The position numbers and the translations under genes are program-made. A stretch of DNA of 64,000 nucleotides, from assembly GCA_023334545.1 (NCBI GenBank), contig JAADVB010000003.1, positions 114,317-178,316 of the forward strand, read 5' to 3'. Origin of the DNA: Salisapilia sapeloensis CBS 127946 (Eukaryota; Protista; Oomycota). Shown piece by piece: positions 32,526 to 47,202 of this stretch (the stretch's first letter is position 1; each line of letters opens with the position of its first letter). The notes under the pieces were generated by a model that was not told the DNA's origin, made no database searches, and worked only from the letters and a program-made list of their open reading frames with translations.

Positions 32526-32629
32526 TCAGACGCACGCACAAATTTGAAGCGGTCGAAAATTTCTATACGAGGATAAGGCTGACTGTCAGTTCGCTATTTA
32601 CATCCAAGTGCACACTTCCACAAGCAAAC

Positions 32630-33103
32630 ATGCTGTCTACCGCACAATACACGCCGTCCGCCCATGCAAGCAGTCGTAGTCCAGCTAGAAAACGCCTGCA
32701 CACAGAATCCGACCCGGTGCCCAATTGCAAACGTCCGCGCAGATGCTCGGAGCTCGAGTTTGAGGAAATTTTAGAGGAAGCCAATGTCATTCGGGAAGAG
32801 CTTGAGCTCCTCATCTTGGTCTCGAGCGACTTGTGCCAAGATCTCGGCGCCGACCCAGCCGTTGTGCAAGACTACGCCAAGTCTCTGCGCGCGATCGACG
32901 GATTACTGGCCTCGACGGCACAGCTGACCGAGAGGCAAGTGCTGGAAGTCGTGCAATCGATGATCGCCATGACCCAGTACCTTTGCCACACACACTACCA
33001 CGACTTTGCTCTGATCGAGATGCAAGATGAACTACGCGCTTGCCGTGACCATGTCATGCGTTTCGTGTGCCAGTACGCATCCATCCTCGGGCTTTCGCAT
33101 TAG
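32630..33103 (+). CDS. Hypothetical protein, 157 aa (NLS-like N-terminus, helical C-half)
   Basis: ORF with KRLH...CKRPRR; preceded by paired CCAAT and an Inr-like TCAGTTC at 32586. Confidence 0.65.
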   Translation: MLSTAQYTPSAHASSRSPARKRLHTESDPVPNCKRPRRCSELEFEEILEEANVIREELELLILVSSDLCQDLGADPAVVQDYAKSLRAIDGLLASTAQLTERQVLEVVQSMIAMTQYLCHTHYHDFALIEMQDELRACRDHVMRFVCQYASILGLSH

Positions 33104-33152
33104 ACTTGATAAAGTAAATTAACTGTACCAATAACTTTTGAAGCATTTGCAT

Positions 33153-35898
<2,746 letters not shown>

Positions 35899-36082
35899 CT
35901 CCATTGATTTACAATTCGAGTCCCATTTGATACCATTTTGACTAGCTTTTACCTCGAATGCATGCTTTAAACTGCATAAAGCAATAGAAATTCCTTTCCA
36001 GACGATCCCAATATACTATCCAGAACCGTTTCATTATCCTTCACATGAACGTGACCACTCGCGACCATCAATCTCGGACGTC

Positions 36083-38779
36083 ATGAATGAGCTTAAACTC
36101 CCAAACAGTGCTGCTGAAAAGGATCTGAAGCAGTGGTCACCGAACCACTACCGTGTCCTGTATTGTGTGAGTCGATACGCTCAGCAGACAACGAGTCGAA
36201 ATCGAAGAGGCAGCTGGCTACGACGTCTTGCTCTCCTCACGTTGATCTATGAAGGTATTGAAAACAACAGCCTCTCATTCGTCTGTGCCCCACACCTGGT
36301 ATGGCTTTCCATCGATCATCAAACGGAACGGAGGTGGCTTCGATTGTCGCAGGATGCACAAACAGTGATCGATGACCTGGTGGAAGGCCGTCTCATGAAC
36401 GGGTTGAAGATGTCTTCGATCGACTGCCAACCTGTTACGGCGTACCAGGTTTCCACACAAGGAATGAACGTTTTGGAACATATACCACAGCATATCAAGG
36501 ACGAAACGGATCTCTTCATTCGAAGTGACCCATCTTTAATCCCGGCGTCTTCATCTGAACAAGGTGGACGACCACTCTTGCATGTAAAGTATGAAAAAGA
36601 AGCATTCCAGCTCTACTCTTGTGGACACCAAATCAAGACGAGTCGTATCACCGAGATTGATGACATCTCCTATGTTTCCAGTCCGTATGTACCAGCTTGT
36701 GTTCGGTCAAACTTTTTACCACAAGTCCAGTCTACATGCAACAGTCTGCGTGCAGGTGAGTCTGCACGAGGCCAGAGCTTTTTTATCACACCTGTTCGAC
36801 AGGACTTGACATTGTCCAAAGTGAATGCACTCATTGGGGAATGGATTCCCTTTGGTGCGAATCAAATAGCTGCTTTAAACGAACGTTTGGGATCGCGAGA
36901 CCGTTGTCAAGGTGGTCTATTCAGCTCCAAAATAGATGAGCATCCGACGCAAACACAACTCGAAGTTCCACCAGGATTGACTCATGTTAAGATTCTAGAT
37001 TATGATTCGACCAACTTTATCAACTTTGAGGCGGTCATTAACTACCCAGAGCAAGAAGGTGTCATCCAAATCGAACACTTCGGTGTCCATTTACACATTA
37101 CTGGCGAATTGCTATATGGTGTGAAAGTGGAGGCCATTATGGACAAATGTGACCGAACGATTCCTCTAGATTATCTCGCTCGATTACTCGTAGATGTCCA
37201 CTTAGATTCGTCTGAAATTATCCGCGACTTGATGACACGGTATCAGCTAAGTGTCCTAGACATGTTGTTCATGGGAAAACCTTGCCAGCGAAACAAGTAC
37301 AACATGGTTCTTGCGGAAGGTATACAGCCAAAGCTGCAGGCGTCCAAGTATTTAGACAATGGCGTCCGAGAAAACCAGATAAAAGCGATTATTGGCGAAA
37401 TCATCGCTTTCTACGACATTACGGATAAAGACATGGTATTTCTCGGGAAGGATGGCTGTCTTTTTATCGGCCCTAGTGCGCATCAACATGAGAATCTCTT
37501 GATAGCACTCGTAGGATTGAATAGTCGCAACATTTTTATTCGCAACTTTTTAGTACGAACGCACGTACTTGATGATACGCTTTCCAACCTTCGCAAGTTG
37601 CTCTGGGAATTTCAATCGAATCCTGAAAACTACGAAGTGGTGAAGAAGGAGCTGAGTGACGCAACTCGTCATACAATCTTGTTGATGGAGAGCTTGCAAT
37701 ACCTTCTTGATTCAGTCGAGAATTTGGATCTACCTCCCATACCAACTAATGTTTCCGGCGAAAAGCTGTACAAGTGTTTAAACTTGTTGGAACGAAAAGA
37801 TAATATTCGCATGCGATGTCAAGACTCTATCAAGCAAATCGAAAAGCTGCAAATGCAAGTAGATTATTTGGTAATCAAATTCGATAACATCACTCGGTTC
37901 CAACTTGTGGATGTCGCACATGAATTCAATCTCAACATTGACCGCATGCTTGCGAGTGGGAAGGCACATAAGCGATTACGACGCTCTGTTGCAACTCTAA
38001 AAGCTTTCTTTGCTGGTAACCTCGCGTTCGACATCATCGACCGAGTCAGTGGTGGGACGTTCCACATTTCGAATCCGGAATGGTTTGAAAAGCTAATCAA
38101 GGAACCTTTCATCGACCCGCCTGGACTCTTCTTCTTTATTAATCTTGCTTTTGTAGCATGCATGTGGGCTGCCGTTCAACTACTGATTAAACATCGATCA
38201 AAGACGCATGAAGCGACGATTATAGTACACGCTCAAGTCTACAAACGTATCCACCTCAGGCCACTCCACTTTTTGGTGCAGGATCGACCTTATATGAAGT
38301 CGTCTACGGATTACGACACAAGTCATACTTGTCTGAAAACTTATCAATGGACGGAACGTGAGTTTCCACATCCTGGAGCTACGACTGATGTGGAGCTTAT
38401 CCTGGAAGAGAGGCATTCACTTCTTCGTTCGATTCGCCTTCAAGTAAATTCGTCGCTGGAAGAAGCTAAACCATTGCAGACTCGAGAACGTCGTCTTTCC
38501 TTCCAAAACTCGTGGCGTAGGACTACACGCATTAACCCGATGCAACCGCTCACCGAAAATAGTGTACTACAAGACTTCACAAATTTACTCCGGAAAGAAG
38601 GTGTCTATCCGGAGCCACAGGCACCTCTTGCTCGACTAGGATCGACCAAACACCTGATTCCAAAGCAGACTCGTAATAGCGATGCACACTTCGCTCGTCA
38701 TCATCGCAGAAGTACATCATCAGTAATAGGCCGTCGGAAGAGTTCAGGTGGATACGTTACCACTCGTCCAGTTCCTTAA
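36083..38779 (+). CDS. Conserved-looking hypothetical membrane protein, 898 aa (wHTH-like N-terminus, long helices, two C-terminal TM segments)
   Basis: Uninterrupted 2.7-kb ORF; hydrophobic segments ATLKAFFAGNLAFDII and GLFFFINLAFVACMWAAVQLL. Confidence 0.85.
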   Translation: MNELKLPNSAAEKDLKQWSPNHYRVLYCVSRYAQQTTSRNRRGSWLRRLALLTLIYEGIENNSLSFVCAPHLVWLSIDHQTERRWLRLSQDAQTVIDDLVEGRLMNGLKMSSIDCQPVTAYQVSTQGMNVLEHIPQHIKDETDLFIRSDPSLIPASSSEQGGRPLLHVKYEKEAFQLYSCGHQIKTSRITEIDDISYVSSPYVPACVRSNFLPQVQSTCNSLRAGESARGQSFFITPVRQDLTLSKVNALIGEWIPFGANQIAALNERLGSRDRCQGGLFSSKIDEHPTQTQLEVPPGLTHVKILDYDSTNFINFEAVINYPEQEGVIQIEHFGVHLHITGELLYGVKVEAIMDKCDRTIPLDYLARLLVDVHLDSSEIIRDLMTRYQLSVLDMLFMGKPCQRNKYNMVLAEGIQPKLQASKYLDNGVRENQIKAIIGEIIAFYDITDKDMVFLGKDGCLFIGPSAHQHENLLIALVGLNSRNIFIRNFLVRTHVLDDTLSNLRKLLWEFQSNPENYEVVKKELSDATRHTILLMESLQYLLDSVENLDLPPIPTNVSGEKLYKCLNLLERKDNIRMRCQDSIKQIEKLQMQVDYLVIKFDNITRFQLVDVAHEFNLNIDRMLASGKAHKRLRRSVATLKAFFAGNLAFDIIDRVSGGTFHISNPEWFEKLIKEPFIDPPGLFFFINLAFVACMWAAVQLLIKHRSKTHEATIIVHAQVYKRIHLRPLHFLVQDRPYMKSSTDYDTSHTCLKTYQWTEREFPHPGATTDVELILEERHSLLRSIRLQVNSSLEEAKPLQTRERRLSFQNSWRRTTRINPMQPLTENSVLQDFTNLLRKEGVYPEPQAPLARLGSTKHLIPKQTRNSDAHFARHHRRSTSSVIGRRKSSGGYVTTRPVP

Positions 38780-38888
38780 GCTTCTTGTCAATAAATTCCG
38801 CTGACAAAGGCTATTCGGCAGCAGTTTCGACTTTGGTTTAGAGACAGATATTTGCATCATCCCACAACTGAAGAAGCACATAGTGGAC

Positions 38889-38905
38889 GCTCATTTCGAC
38901 ATTTG
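38889..38905 (+). promoter_or_regulatory. Inr+FPR core promoter
   Basis: GCTCATTTCGACATTTG, a close match to the oomycete GCTCATTYBNNNWTTY consensus, about 50 nt before ATG 38953. Confidence 0.7.
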
Positions 38906-38952
38906 TCCTGCTAATCCACAGTCAAGGCTCTTCGTATTATTTAACACAAGCG

Positions 38953-39432
38953 ATGGATAATCTCGACAGCAGAAATCGATGCATTCTTCAACGTTTCATG
39001 GACAACCAAGTGGCAACATACGCGTTTCGACAGGATCTTGCCAATCACCGACGCCTCCAAGCTGTGTTCCACGTTGTACAAACACCTCATGGAGGTGACC
39101 ATGTCGAAGTCAACATGCCGTCAATTCATGAACATGTCGGCAGTTGTAACCCATTAAGCATCACTAGTGACGACGCAGATGATGGCTATGAAAGTAGTAA
39201 CAGCAGTATCGAGGACCACGCAGATCCGATGGCGATGGGTGCAGTGATCCAGGCACTACAACATCGTCTTCAGGAGGCAAATGATCGATGCTTCGAAAAG
39301 GATGAAAAGATTAGGCAACTCCAAGACCAGGTCAAGCGTCTTGCAAGCGACAGCAATTTTAAAGCAGAGGCAGTCACCGAGTCCAGATCATGCCCAAGTT
39401 CCAACCAGGAACCAGATAGTGTTGCGATATAA
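38953..39432 (+). CDS. Hypothetical protein, 159 aa, with short coiled coil
   Basis: ORF supported by the upstream Inr/FPR; coiled coil VIQALQHRLQEAN...IRQLQDQVKRL. Confidence 0.6.
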   Translation: MDNLDSRNRCILQRFMDNQVATYAFRQDLANHRRLQAVFHVVQTPHGGDHVEVNMPSIHEHVGSCNPLSITSDDADDGYESSNSSIEDHADPMAMGAVIQALQHRLQEANDRCFEKDEKIRQLQDQVKRLASDSNFKAEAVTESRSCPSSNQEPDSVAI

Positions 39433-39454
39433 GTTCAAAAATGTATTTACGTTA

Positions 39455-42393
39455 TTACGAGCGAATGGATGGTGCATACTTTCGTTCAATACGTCTCAAG
39501 TCTTCGTCCTCCGAGTCCGAAGGGTAAACGGAGTCGACAGAGAACTTGATGCGAGGTATAGAAAAGCTTTGCATATCTGCCGGCAAGCTCGTGTATGTAC
39601 TCCGAACGTACGTGACGACTGCGCCAGCCTTTCGCAAGTATGATTCGGGGATATCGAGCTGTCGAAGTTGGTCTTCTACATCATCACTACTGGCATATTC
39701 ATCTACATTCGACCTAGGTATCGTCAGGGTATCTACCCTTGACGTTCTCTCTTTCTCTTCAACTTCCAGAGGACATCTCTCCTCCACATTCGTGGCTTCT
39801 GTATCACTCTTAGTTTCCGCTTCATGACGCTCTGCTATTACATTGTCCTGTAAAGTGTCTTGATCGTGTCTTTGCTCTTCATCTTCCTGCTCTGCTCGAT
39901 CATTTTCTGCTGTTGTAATGGATGCTTGATCATCCGCAGATGCATCAAAAGCACTAGAAACATCCAGCTCTTCCTCCGAAAAGAGCGTAAGTCTTTCCTG
40001 GCCGTCACTTCTGCTATGTGTCTCTGATAGCGATGACAGGTCGGACATGTTCGACCGTTTGCTAAGCGACGATAGCTCCAAGCTACTGAGCGAGCTTTCC
40101 TTGTTGTATTCTCCAGATGCCGGAGGTTCGTCCGTCTGATCGCCTACCAAGACATTATCCAAGAGCGCAGCAACGCTATCCGTGTCTTCCATTTGTTCAT
40201 CTTGAGCGTCGTGTACACTCAACACATTCCCAAGAGAGATATTGTCAGTAGTCGACTGCTCTAATTGCTTCTCTTCAGTCTCCACTTGTTCATCTGCATC
40301 TTGCGTCTGTGACGGTTGACTACGAGTTTCACTTCTAGCTGCTGCCAACAACTCCTTTAGTTCTGCAATCTGTTGCTGCATCTCCTGTAACTGTCGTTGT
40401 TGATTTTCCAAGATCTGTTGATGCTGGACTGTAAGTAGCTGCTGGGAGGCACAATAGCCATAGTTTGTATCATGGTTTTTAGGACCATTAGGTTCTGTTG
40501 GTTCCGCTGTTCTGTGTGGATATTGAACAGTATCCTCCTGTTGTCCTACCTCTGTCTGTGTCGCAGCTATTGCCCCTTTCCCAAGCTCTGTACCTCTTGA
40601 TACCTGCCCATATGTGTATTCATAACGTGCTGCCTCTCTTGACTCCTTCTCGACGTTTTCATTCGCCACCGACGGATCATTCTCTTTCTCTTCGGAGCTC
40701 GCGATTGAAGACACTGCACTGTGTTTGGTATCTCCCACATGATCATTTAACGTCGTATTCTGTTCCTCTGTAGAAGACATGGAGTTGTGCTCTGTTGTCA
40801 CCATTCCGTCGCTTACATGTCGTTTATATCGTCGAGTAGGTATTGATTGAACGCTATCGCGTACAATTTCACTAACTTCTTCTTCTGGAAGCCTCAAGCC
40901 TTGTCTTGCCAACTCCCACTCTGCATTGGTCGATCGTACGAGTGACAACTCAACTTGTCCATTAAAGGTGGACGTACCAACTGGGAGAGACTGCCGTCGA
41001 GTATACAATGACGGGTGCATGTCATCTGGATAAGCACATTCTAGGAAACGAGGAAAAGGAGACGCACCACATTCTCGTACGGAATATGCAGACGGGTACA
41101 AGACTATTAAGAATGTGTTCTTACTAGGTGCCACTCGCTCTTTCGCTAAACCAGAACGCAGGAAACGATGGCATGCGAGTAAAAGGTATGGATCAGACAG
41201 CTCACGCTCAGCTGTTGTTTCATCTCGAGTGTCACTTAGATGGATACCGTAGACCCACAGACCGACAAGAGGTTGATCGAGGACGAGCGGATCTGTCTTT
41301 AGCAACGGAACGGCTTTGCGAGCACTGTCGAGCGTGACGTATCCATATCGACGGGATGAAGCAGATTCGCCAAACTCTTGACGAGAAAGGCTTGTGGCGA
41401 GAGGAGTCATGAGAAGAGGGAGGTTACGTATGAGCGAAAGTGAGAGTTGAACGGATGGAAGCACAGCTTCGAGTTGGCACTGTAGCTCCGGTTCATGTGC
41501 GCCGTTGGATACGATAAGAGATATCTATAATTACGTTAGGTTGGGTAGAATGAGTATGCGTATGAAAATTGTACTGGTAGAGAATGGAGGTGAGGCTCGT
41601 TCGAGTCCTCTGTACTTATTTCTTGCACGCGAGTGATCATGGATTGGTAGATTGTCTATAGTTGATGGCGTTAGTTGGTTCTTTCCATGATGTACTCAAC
41701 GATGACATACCTGCGTCAGTTGCTGATCTTCTGTACGTTGAGATAAATACACTGGAAGCACCCATCCATGTCCTGGCTCATCCTAGCTTCTATTTAATTC
41801 CAGTTTTGTATAAATTGCTTATAAAAAGGCTTACGTTTGTCGTTATTAATGTGTTCAAGCAGACTTGGTCTGTGTTTGAATCACTTGCTTGGAGATATGA
41901 GACGACTTGTGGTTCGTCTTCTTGATATCGGTCTCGATGCCGACGCACGAGGACATGCAACTGCTGTAATATTTCTGTCGGAATAGTAAACGTCGGTAAG
42001 CTAGTGCCCATGGAGACTGAGATGCGCCCTCCAAGTACTCTTCGATCCCTGCATACACCGTGTGAGCGAGTACTAGCATCATCATATAAGAAGAGTATAC
42101 CAAAGAACAGATCGAGTGGCAGGGAATTGAATGTCACCAACATGAAATTTCTGTACTGGAGTGTCCTTGATCTTCCGCTCTCGCTTCATGGCTGATCGAG
42201 ATATAGTACGCTCCTGTGGGCCAGACTCTTCGTCGGTCGTATCATCAAAAAATGCTGATACTCGACTCGGTCTCGTCTTTCCATGACTGCATCGAGATCT
42301 ATTATCCAGTTGTGCATGTCTCTGCTTTTGAATGTGTCCATATGCACTCTTCCTCGGGTATATCGCCCGCTCTCCACCTTTTCGGTCGTCCAT
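39455..42393 (-). CDS. STIL/Ana2/SAS-5-like centriole assembly protein, about 5 exons
   Basis: Spliced N-terminus QFPATRSVLWD; STIL_N-like YGYVTLDSARKAVPLLKTDP...PLVGLWVYG...KERV...FLIVLY...FLEC; central coiled coil QQRQLQEMQQQIAELKELL; C-terminal LRRIERKY. Confidence 0.75.
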
Positions 42394-42547
42394 GGTCCTT
42401 TTGGCGGTCGCGATTTGAATATTGGTTTTTGAGTTTTGTTGGTTTGAAATAAAAAAACTCATAAACAGGTTCAGTGCCTGACATCGCCAATCGCAAGCCG
42501 GGCGATCGTTACTATCGAATAGTTCATCGGCTTACGACGACCGGAAG

Positions 42548-44275
42548 ATGGAGCATGGAAGTCAGTGGCATAACACCCCCAGTCAATTGAGGCACTCGGT
42601 CACGCTGAGGCAACTTAATGCGTTCGGTATGCGGAATATTGCGATCGCAGGGACAGCCGGTGGCGACCTCATGGACCTTTATTTCAAACTACGTACGTCG
42701 ATCGAGGAGATTGAATAGTTTAACATGTCATTTACAAGTATGAATAGTTGTCGATGGACGGGAGATGTATAAAAGTGAAGTGGAAGCACAGACACTGAAT
42801 CCCGTCTGGCTCCCATTTGAATTGGAGGAAGCGGTATCGACTGAACTGAACGCTCACCACCTCCTTTCGGCACCATCATTTGAAGTGCATATCATCCAAG
42901 TCCTGCGTCCTTCTAGAGAGCGTCACTCGTTGGAGCTGAAGAACCCATCGGCAGATACGTCTGAACAGCCATTGTTATTAGAATCGTCCGAGGCGGTCGA
43001 TGTCGAAGAGTCTGAGGATTTGGAGGAAGAAGGGTGGCAGCTCAACTCTCGATTCTTTGGAGATACCAATAGGAATGGAAACTCTGTTGGAAGTGTCTAC
43101 GTGAATGAACAAGGAGAAAAGGAGCAACGTATGCTCTTACTCCAATTCCACATGAGAGATTTGGAACCACTTCCAGTACCATTGACAGAGCTAAACAACC
43201 TTCCGTTCAATACGTGTCTATTCGAGTTTAATCACAATTGCTACGTCCATCATGATACGATGGAAATCTTACAGGAAACTAAAGTCTTGGATGCCAAAAT
43301 AGCTCGACGAAAAGGATCGGCGATTAAGATGAAGGAGTACAGTCTCCACGATGGTGTCGATCATCTGCAGCAGTCTCTCCATCTCCAGAGCCAAATTGAC
43401 CGTTTTACAGAGGAGAATAAAGAATTAAAGGAGGAAGCAGGGGCTAAGGTGACGCAAGCTATGCATACGATCGATCGAGACCAGAAGCGTCGGTCGTTGG
43501 AGACGCGAGTGCAGGCATTGAGACAGCAAGTGGAGCAGAAGAAGGAACGTATAAGTCGATTGAAGCTCGTGGTGGATGAAGAGCGGAAGACGTTTGAGAC
43601 AGATATTCACGTCCCGAAGGCGCTGCTCAGCACGATGCACATGGGCATGCGGTATAAGGATGAGAAGCAAGGGATATTAGAACGACGGTGTGAAGTGCTG
43701 CGGACAGCCCATCGGCTGCGGTCGAGACAGGCTGAGCTCGTGCACGGACTGAGTCTCGTGTATCCGATCGAAGCAGATGCGAATGGTGAGTACAAGATTC
43801 GCGACATTCGGCTGTCGACAGCTGATTTAAGTGGCTTTGGTCGTGGAGACGAAGAGTCTGTGTCGACGGCGCTCGGGTATATTGCACATCTGGTGTTTAT
43901 GCTGGGCAAGTATTTGCGTGTGAATCTCCGGTATCAGATTAAACCGTACTCTAGTCGGTCGTACGTATGTGACGACGTGAATGAGCCTCAGGAAGAGTAC
44001 CCATTGTACAAGAAAGGGATTGAGAGAGAACGGTATGATCGTGCGATTGGATTCTTACGCAAGGATGTCGAGCAGGTATGTAGTATTACTTGTATATTTT
44101 TATACATTCGATGCTTAGGACGTGGTATTAGATTTTATTCGCTCGCGGCCTCGATCCGACGCAGAATAGTTCCATGTTACGCAGATTGAAAGAGTTGATG
44201 GACACGGAGTCCTTGTGGCTACAAAATGATTTGAAAGCGGACCCGGCCAACCCAGGGGCGCTCATGGCCAAGTAG
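42548..44275 (+). CDS. UVRAG: UVRAG/Vps38-like PI3K complex subunit (C2, coiled coil, BARA), 3 exons
   Basis: LRQLNAFGMRNI, YKSEVEAQTLNPVW (C2), coiled coil, LVYPIE, STALGYIAHLVFMLGKYL..LRY, EYPLY, LRKDVEQ. Confidence 0.85.
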
Positions 44276-44399
44276 AAGTGTGTTGTCTGGAAAAAAATCA
44301 AAACTGCTTTGAATGTACACAATCGATTCGATCTTGATATATAAAGCTACTTTTGTTCATGAAAAAGTAGTTTTGATATTAAAAGTGTTGTCGTCCTAT

Positions 44400-44441
44400 T
44401 TTCAACCAATCAACATGTCGAATTTTGAATTTCAGCCAATT
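44400..44441 (+). promoter_or_regulatory. Paired CCAAT boxes upstream of frataxin
   Basis: TTTCAACCAATCA and TTTCAGCCAATT; CCAAT at 44406 and 44436 (30-bp spacing). Confidence 0.6.
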
Positions 44442-44477
44442 GATGAGATAAACATCATGTTCGACCAGTAAGTGAAA

Positions 44478-45094
44478 ATGCGTCGACAGGTAGTCCAAGG
44501 TGTGCGTCGCATGCTTCAGAGCAGAGCGATCGCTCCATCTCTTCGTCGTAGTGCATTGCAGCAACGTTGCAATGTCTTAGCATCTACTCGTCAGCTAAAA
44601 AGCGACTGGAGTAATCAATTCGCTTCGTTTTCAACGGAAGATGACGATGTCATGCCAGAGAATGAGTATGTCGAACTCGCGGACGATACGCTAGATGACA
44701 TTGTCAATTGGCTTGATGGCGTGGAAGAAATGCTAGAGGACCCTGACATTACCTACTCCGTACGTCTCCACTAGATTCCAACAGGACAATAGTATCTAAA
44801 CGTATACAATGCATATGTAGCAAGGCGTACTGACCATCGACCTGGGCGACGTCGGCACATGGGTACTCAATCGTCAGATCCCAAACCGACAGATTTGGTG
44901 GTCTTCTCCCATCAGGTACCCAACCTTCCATTTATAACTGTCTACAAGTACTCATATAAGAGACTAGTGGTCCTCGTCGCTACGAGTATGATCCCGAGAC
45001 GAAGACGTGGCTGAGCACTCGTGAAGGCTTAGAGCTCAAGAGTCAACTGCACGAGGAGATAGCTGATGCGACTGGTATCCAAATCTTCGAATAA
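44478..45094 (+). CDS. FXN: Frataxin, mitochondrial, 3 exons
   Basis: Presequence; [47 protein letters not shown]. Confidence 0.95.
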
Positions 45095-45128
45095 ACCAAA
45101 CGTCCATGACAAGTGCTTGCCTTATTAT

Positions 45129-47103
45129 TTACTCTCTATCGTCCCGATTCGCATCGACATTGTGCCTGTCACTCACGTAGTTCTCGAGCAACAGTCCACG
45201 ACTGTACTCTGCCGACGCATCCAAGACGCTGGGGCTGATGAAACCTCGTCGACGCGCCTCATCTACTTCCCACTCGCCAATGATTCGATCTCGAATCTCT
45301 AACGTATGCTCTCTCCTCCGCTTTTCATTCTCTACTTCCGTCAACTGACCATAGTACTCTCGCTCTTCCTCCGTACACTTTCGCCACATGTCGCCCATAA
45401 TCTTCCGATTCTCCGATGCAGACCGACGTGACTTAGATTTGGAAAGAGATTCCTTTTGCATTTGACAATACAAGATGAACGGATTGATCGGTCGAGGCGC
45501 CTTATGTTCCTACGGGTGTACATGAGCTATGATGGGGACATGATAAGTAATAGAGTGTACTTTGCGATAGGTCTTGGCTCGACGTTTAATCGGGAAACGG
45601 CTCTTTTGTGTCTCCTTTGGCTGGGGTCTAGATGGATATTAGGAAGACGTAGGAGGAGAGATATGATGGGAGCGTACTCTGCAGAGCTTTCGTTGGTAGA
45701 TGGTAAGCTTTTCTTTTCTTCTGCAGACAGTTCACTTACGACCGGTTGCCATCGTTCTATCCCTCGTGTTACTTTACTTCGTAGAGATTTGTAGTAGATT
45801 GTTGTACCTTCATCGTCACGAAGGACGGAGTGGAGAGGAGGTAGTGTATCGATGCATCCGTCCTGGGATGGTAACCCTCGCGATTTGGCTAGTAACAAGT
45901 TGTTGCCGAGCCATGGACTTAAGTATCTCGCTTTCCTGTACCCGACGACTTGTTCCCACATGGAGAAGATGATGGCGGATAAGAACATTGTCGACAGACC
46001 CAAGTCTGTACACATCTGACGAGCAAAAGCTCGGACGTCGTCAAAGGAATTATTCACATTCCATTCGACCTGGTCTTTAAGCTGTGATAAAAGCATAAGA
46101 GAGAGTCTGGAGGTGGGAGGAAAGAAGAGGTACCGAATAGCCGTTGATGACGAGGTCGAGAGAGATCGGATGCAGGCGTTCAATGGGGTTATTGGCACTG
46201 TCTACCTCAACAAAGCAGATAAAGTTGGTGCATTGTCGTCGGAGTGACTCGGATATGACGTCCTCAGCGTCTGATGGAAGGTTTTCATCCGACACGATGC
46301 GCATGGCGACTTGTTCTGGAGATAGCAACGATGTATCTCTACTAGAATTGAGTATGCACAACGTGTGGTTGTATATCGACGTAGACGTACAAGTTGAAGA
46401 GGAGAGTGTCCTGGTATTTACAGTTGGACAGTTGGACGTCGATCCGAATAGGAATGATAAGATCCTTGGATCGACAAAAGTGAGCAGATGAGAGATCCAC
46501 TAACTTTTTCGTCTCGACCGTCCTTCGCTTTCGTTTTCGATGATTCGAATTCCCACTTGCATCACTCTCGTGTGTACTTGTCTAGCACGAATATCAATCC
46601 TTGTACTACTAATCAGATCGATGTACTCGGTACCTGCTGCGATTTGGACTGCAGCAAATTCGACGATCCATGATTACCATCACGCTGAATCTACACGCCA
46701 GCGTTAGTCGATATCTAACATGCCGAATAAACTACCCAGAGCAATACTTTTAACGATGCCGTAGCTCGTCGCGAAGCCGCGTGGACGGGCGCTAGAGGCT
46801 GTGGAGGCACGTTTTTCGTGCGTTGGTGGGCAAGTGCGATCTGGTACCTCGTCAGCAGCCGCTCGACATCCTCGTCTTCTTGCTAGATCGTCATGATAGG
46901 TGCGTGTGAGTAATTGAACATCCTCCGAAAGCATCAATCTGTACCGGCGTTCGGACGCGACGCTTGTCATGCAAATACGACGCTAACTGGTCGCTTTTCC
47001 AGCCAAGCTGCGACAGCACGTGCTCATCCGGCAACGCGAGACGCTGTATAAGAGCCTTGAGCCGAGCCGCAGGCGTCTCCAAGGCGCTACGCACGCCCTT
47101 CAT
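45129..47103 (-). CDS. SNF5/SMARCB1-domain protein fused to a C-terminal HMG box, multi-exon
   Basis: LIIPIRIDVQL...YQDTLLFN (repeat 1), LKDQVEWNVNN...FARQMCTDLGL (repeat 2), WQPVVSELS; then KAPRPINPFILYCQMQK...ENRKIMGDMWRKCTEEEREYY (HMG). Frame kept using a 47-nt intron near 45627-45673. Confidence 0.78.
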
Positions 47104-47202
47104 CGCCAGTGCCTCGACGAATTTGTAAATGTGGTCATGTGCTGATTTGCAATTTGGTGACGGATTTGTAAATTCAGGACTGCGGAGCATATTGCCTACA
47201 AG

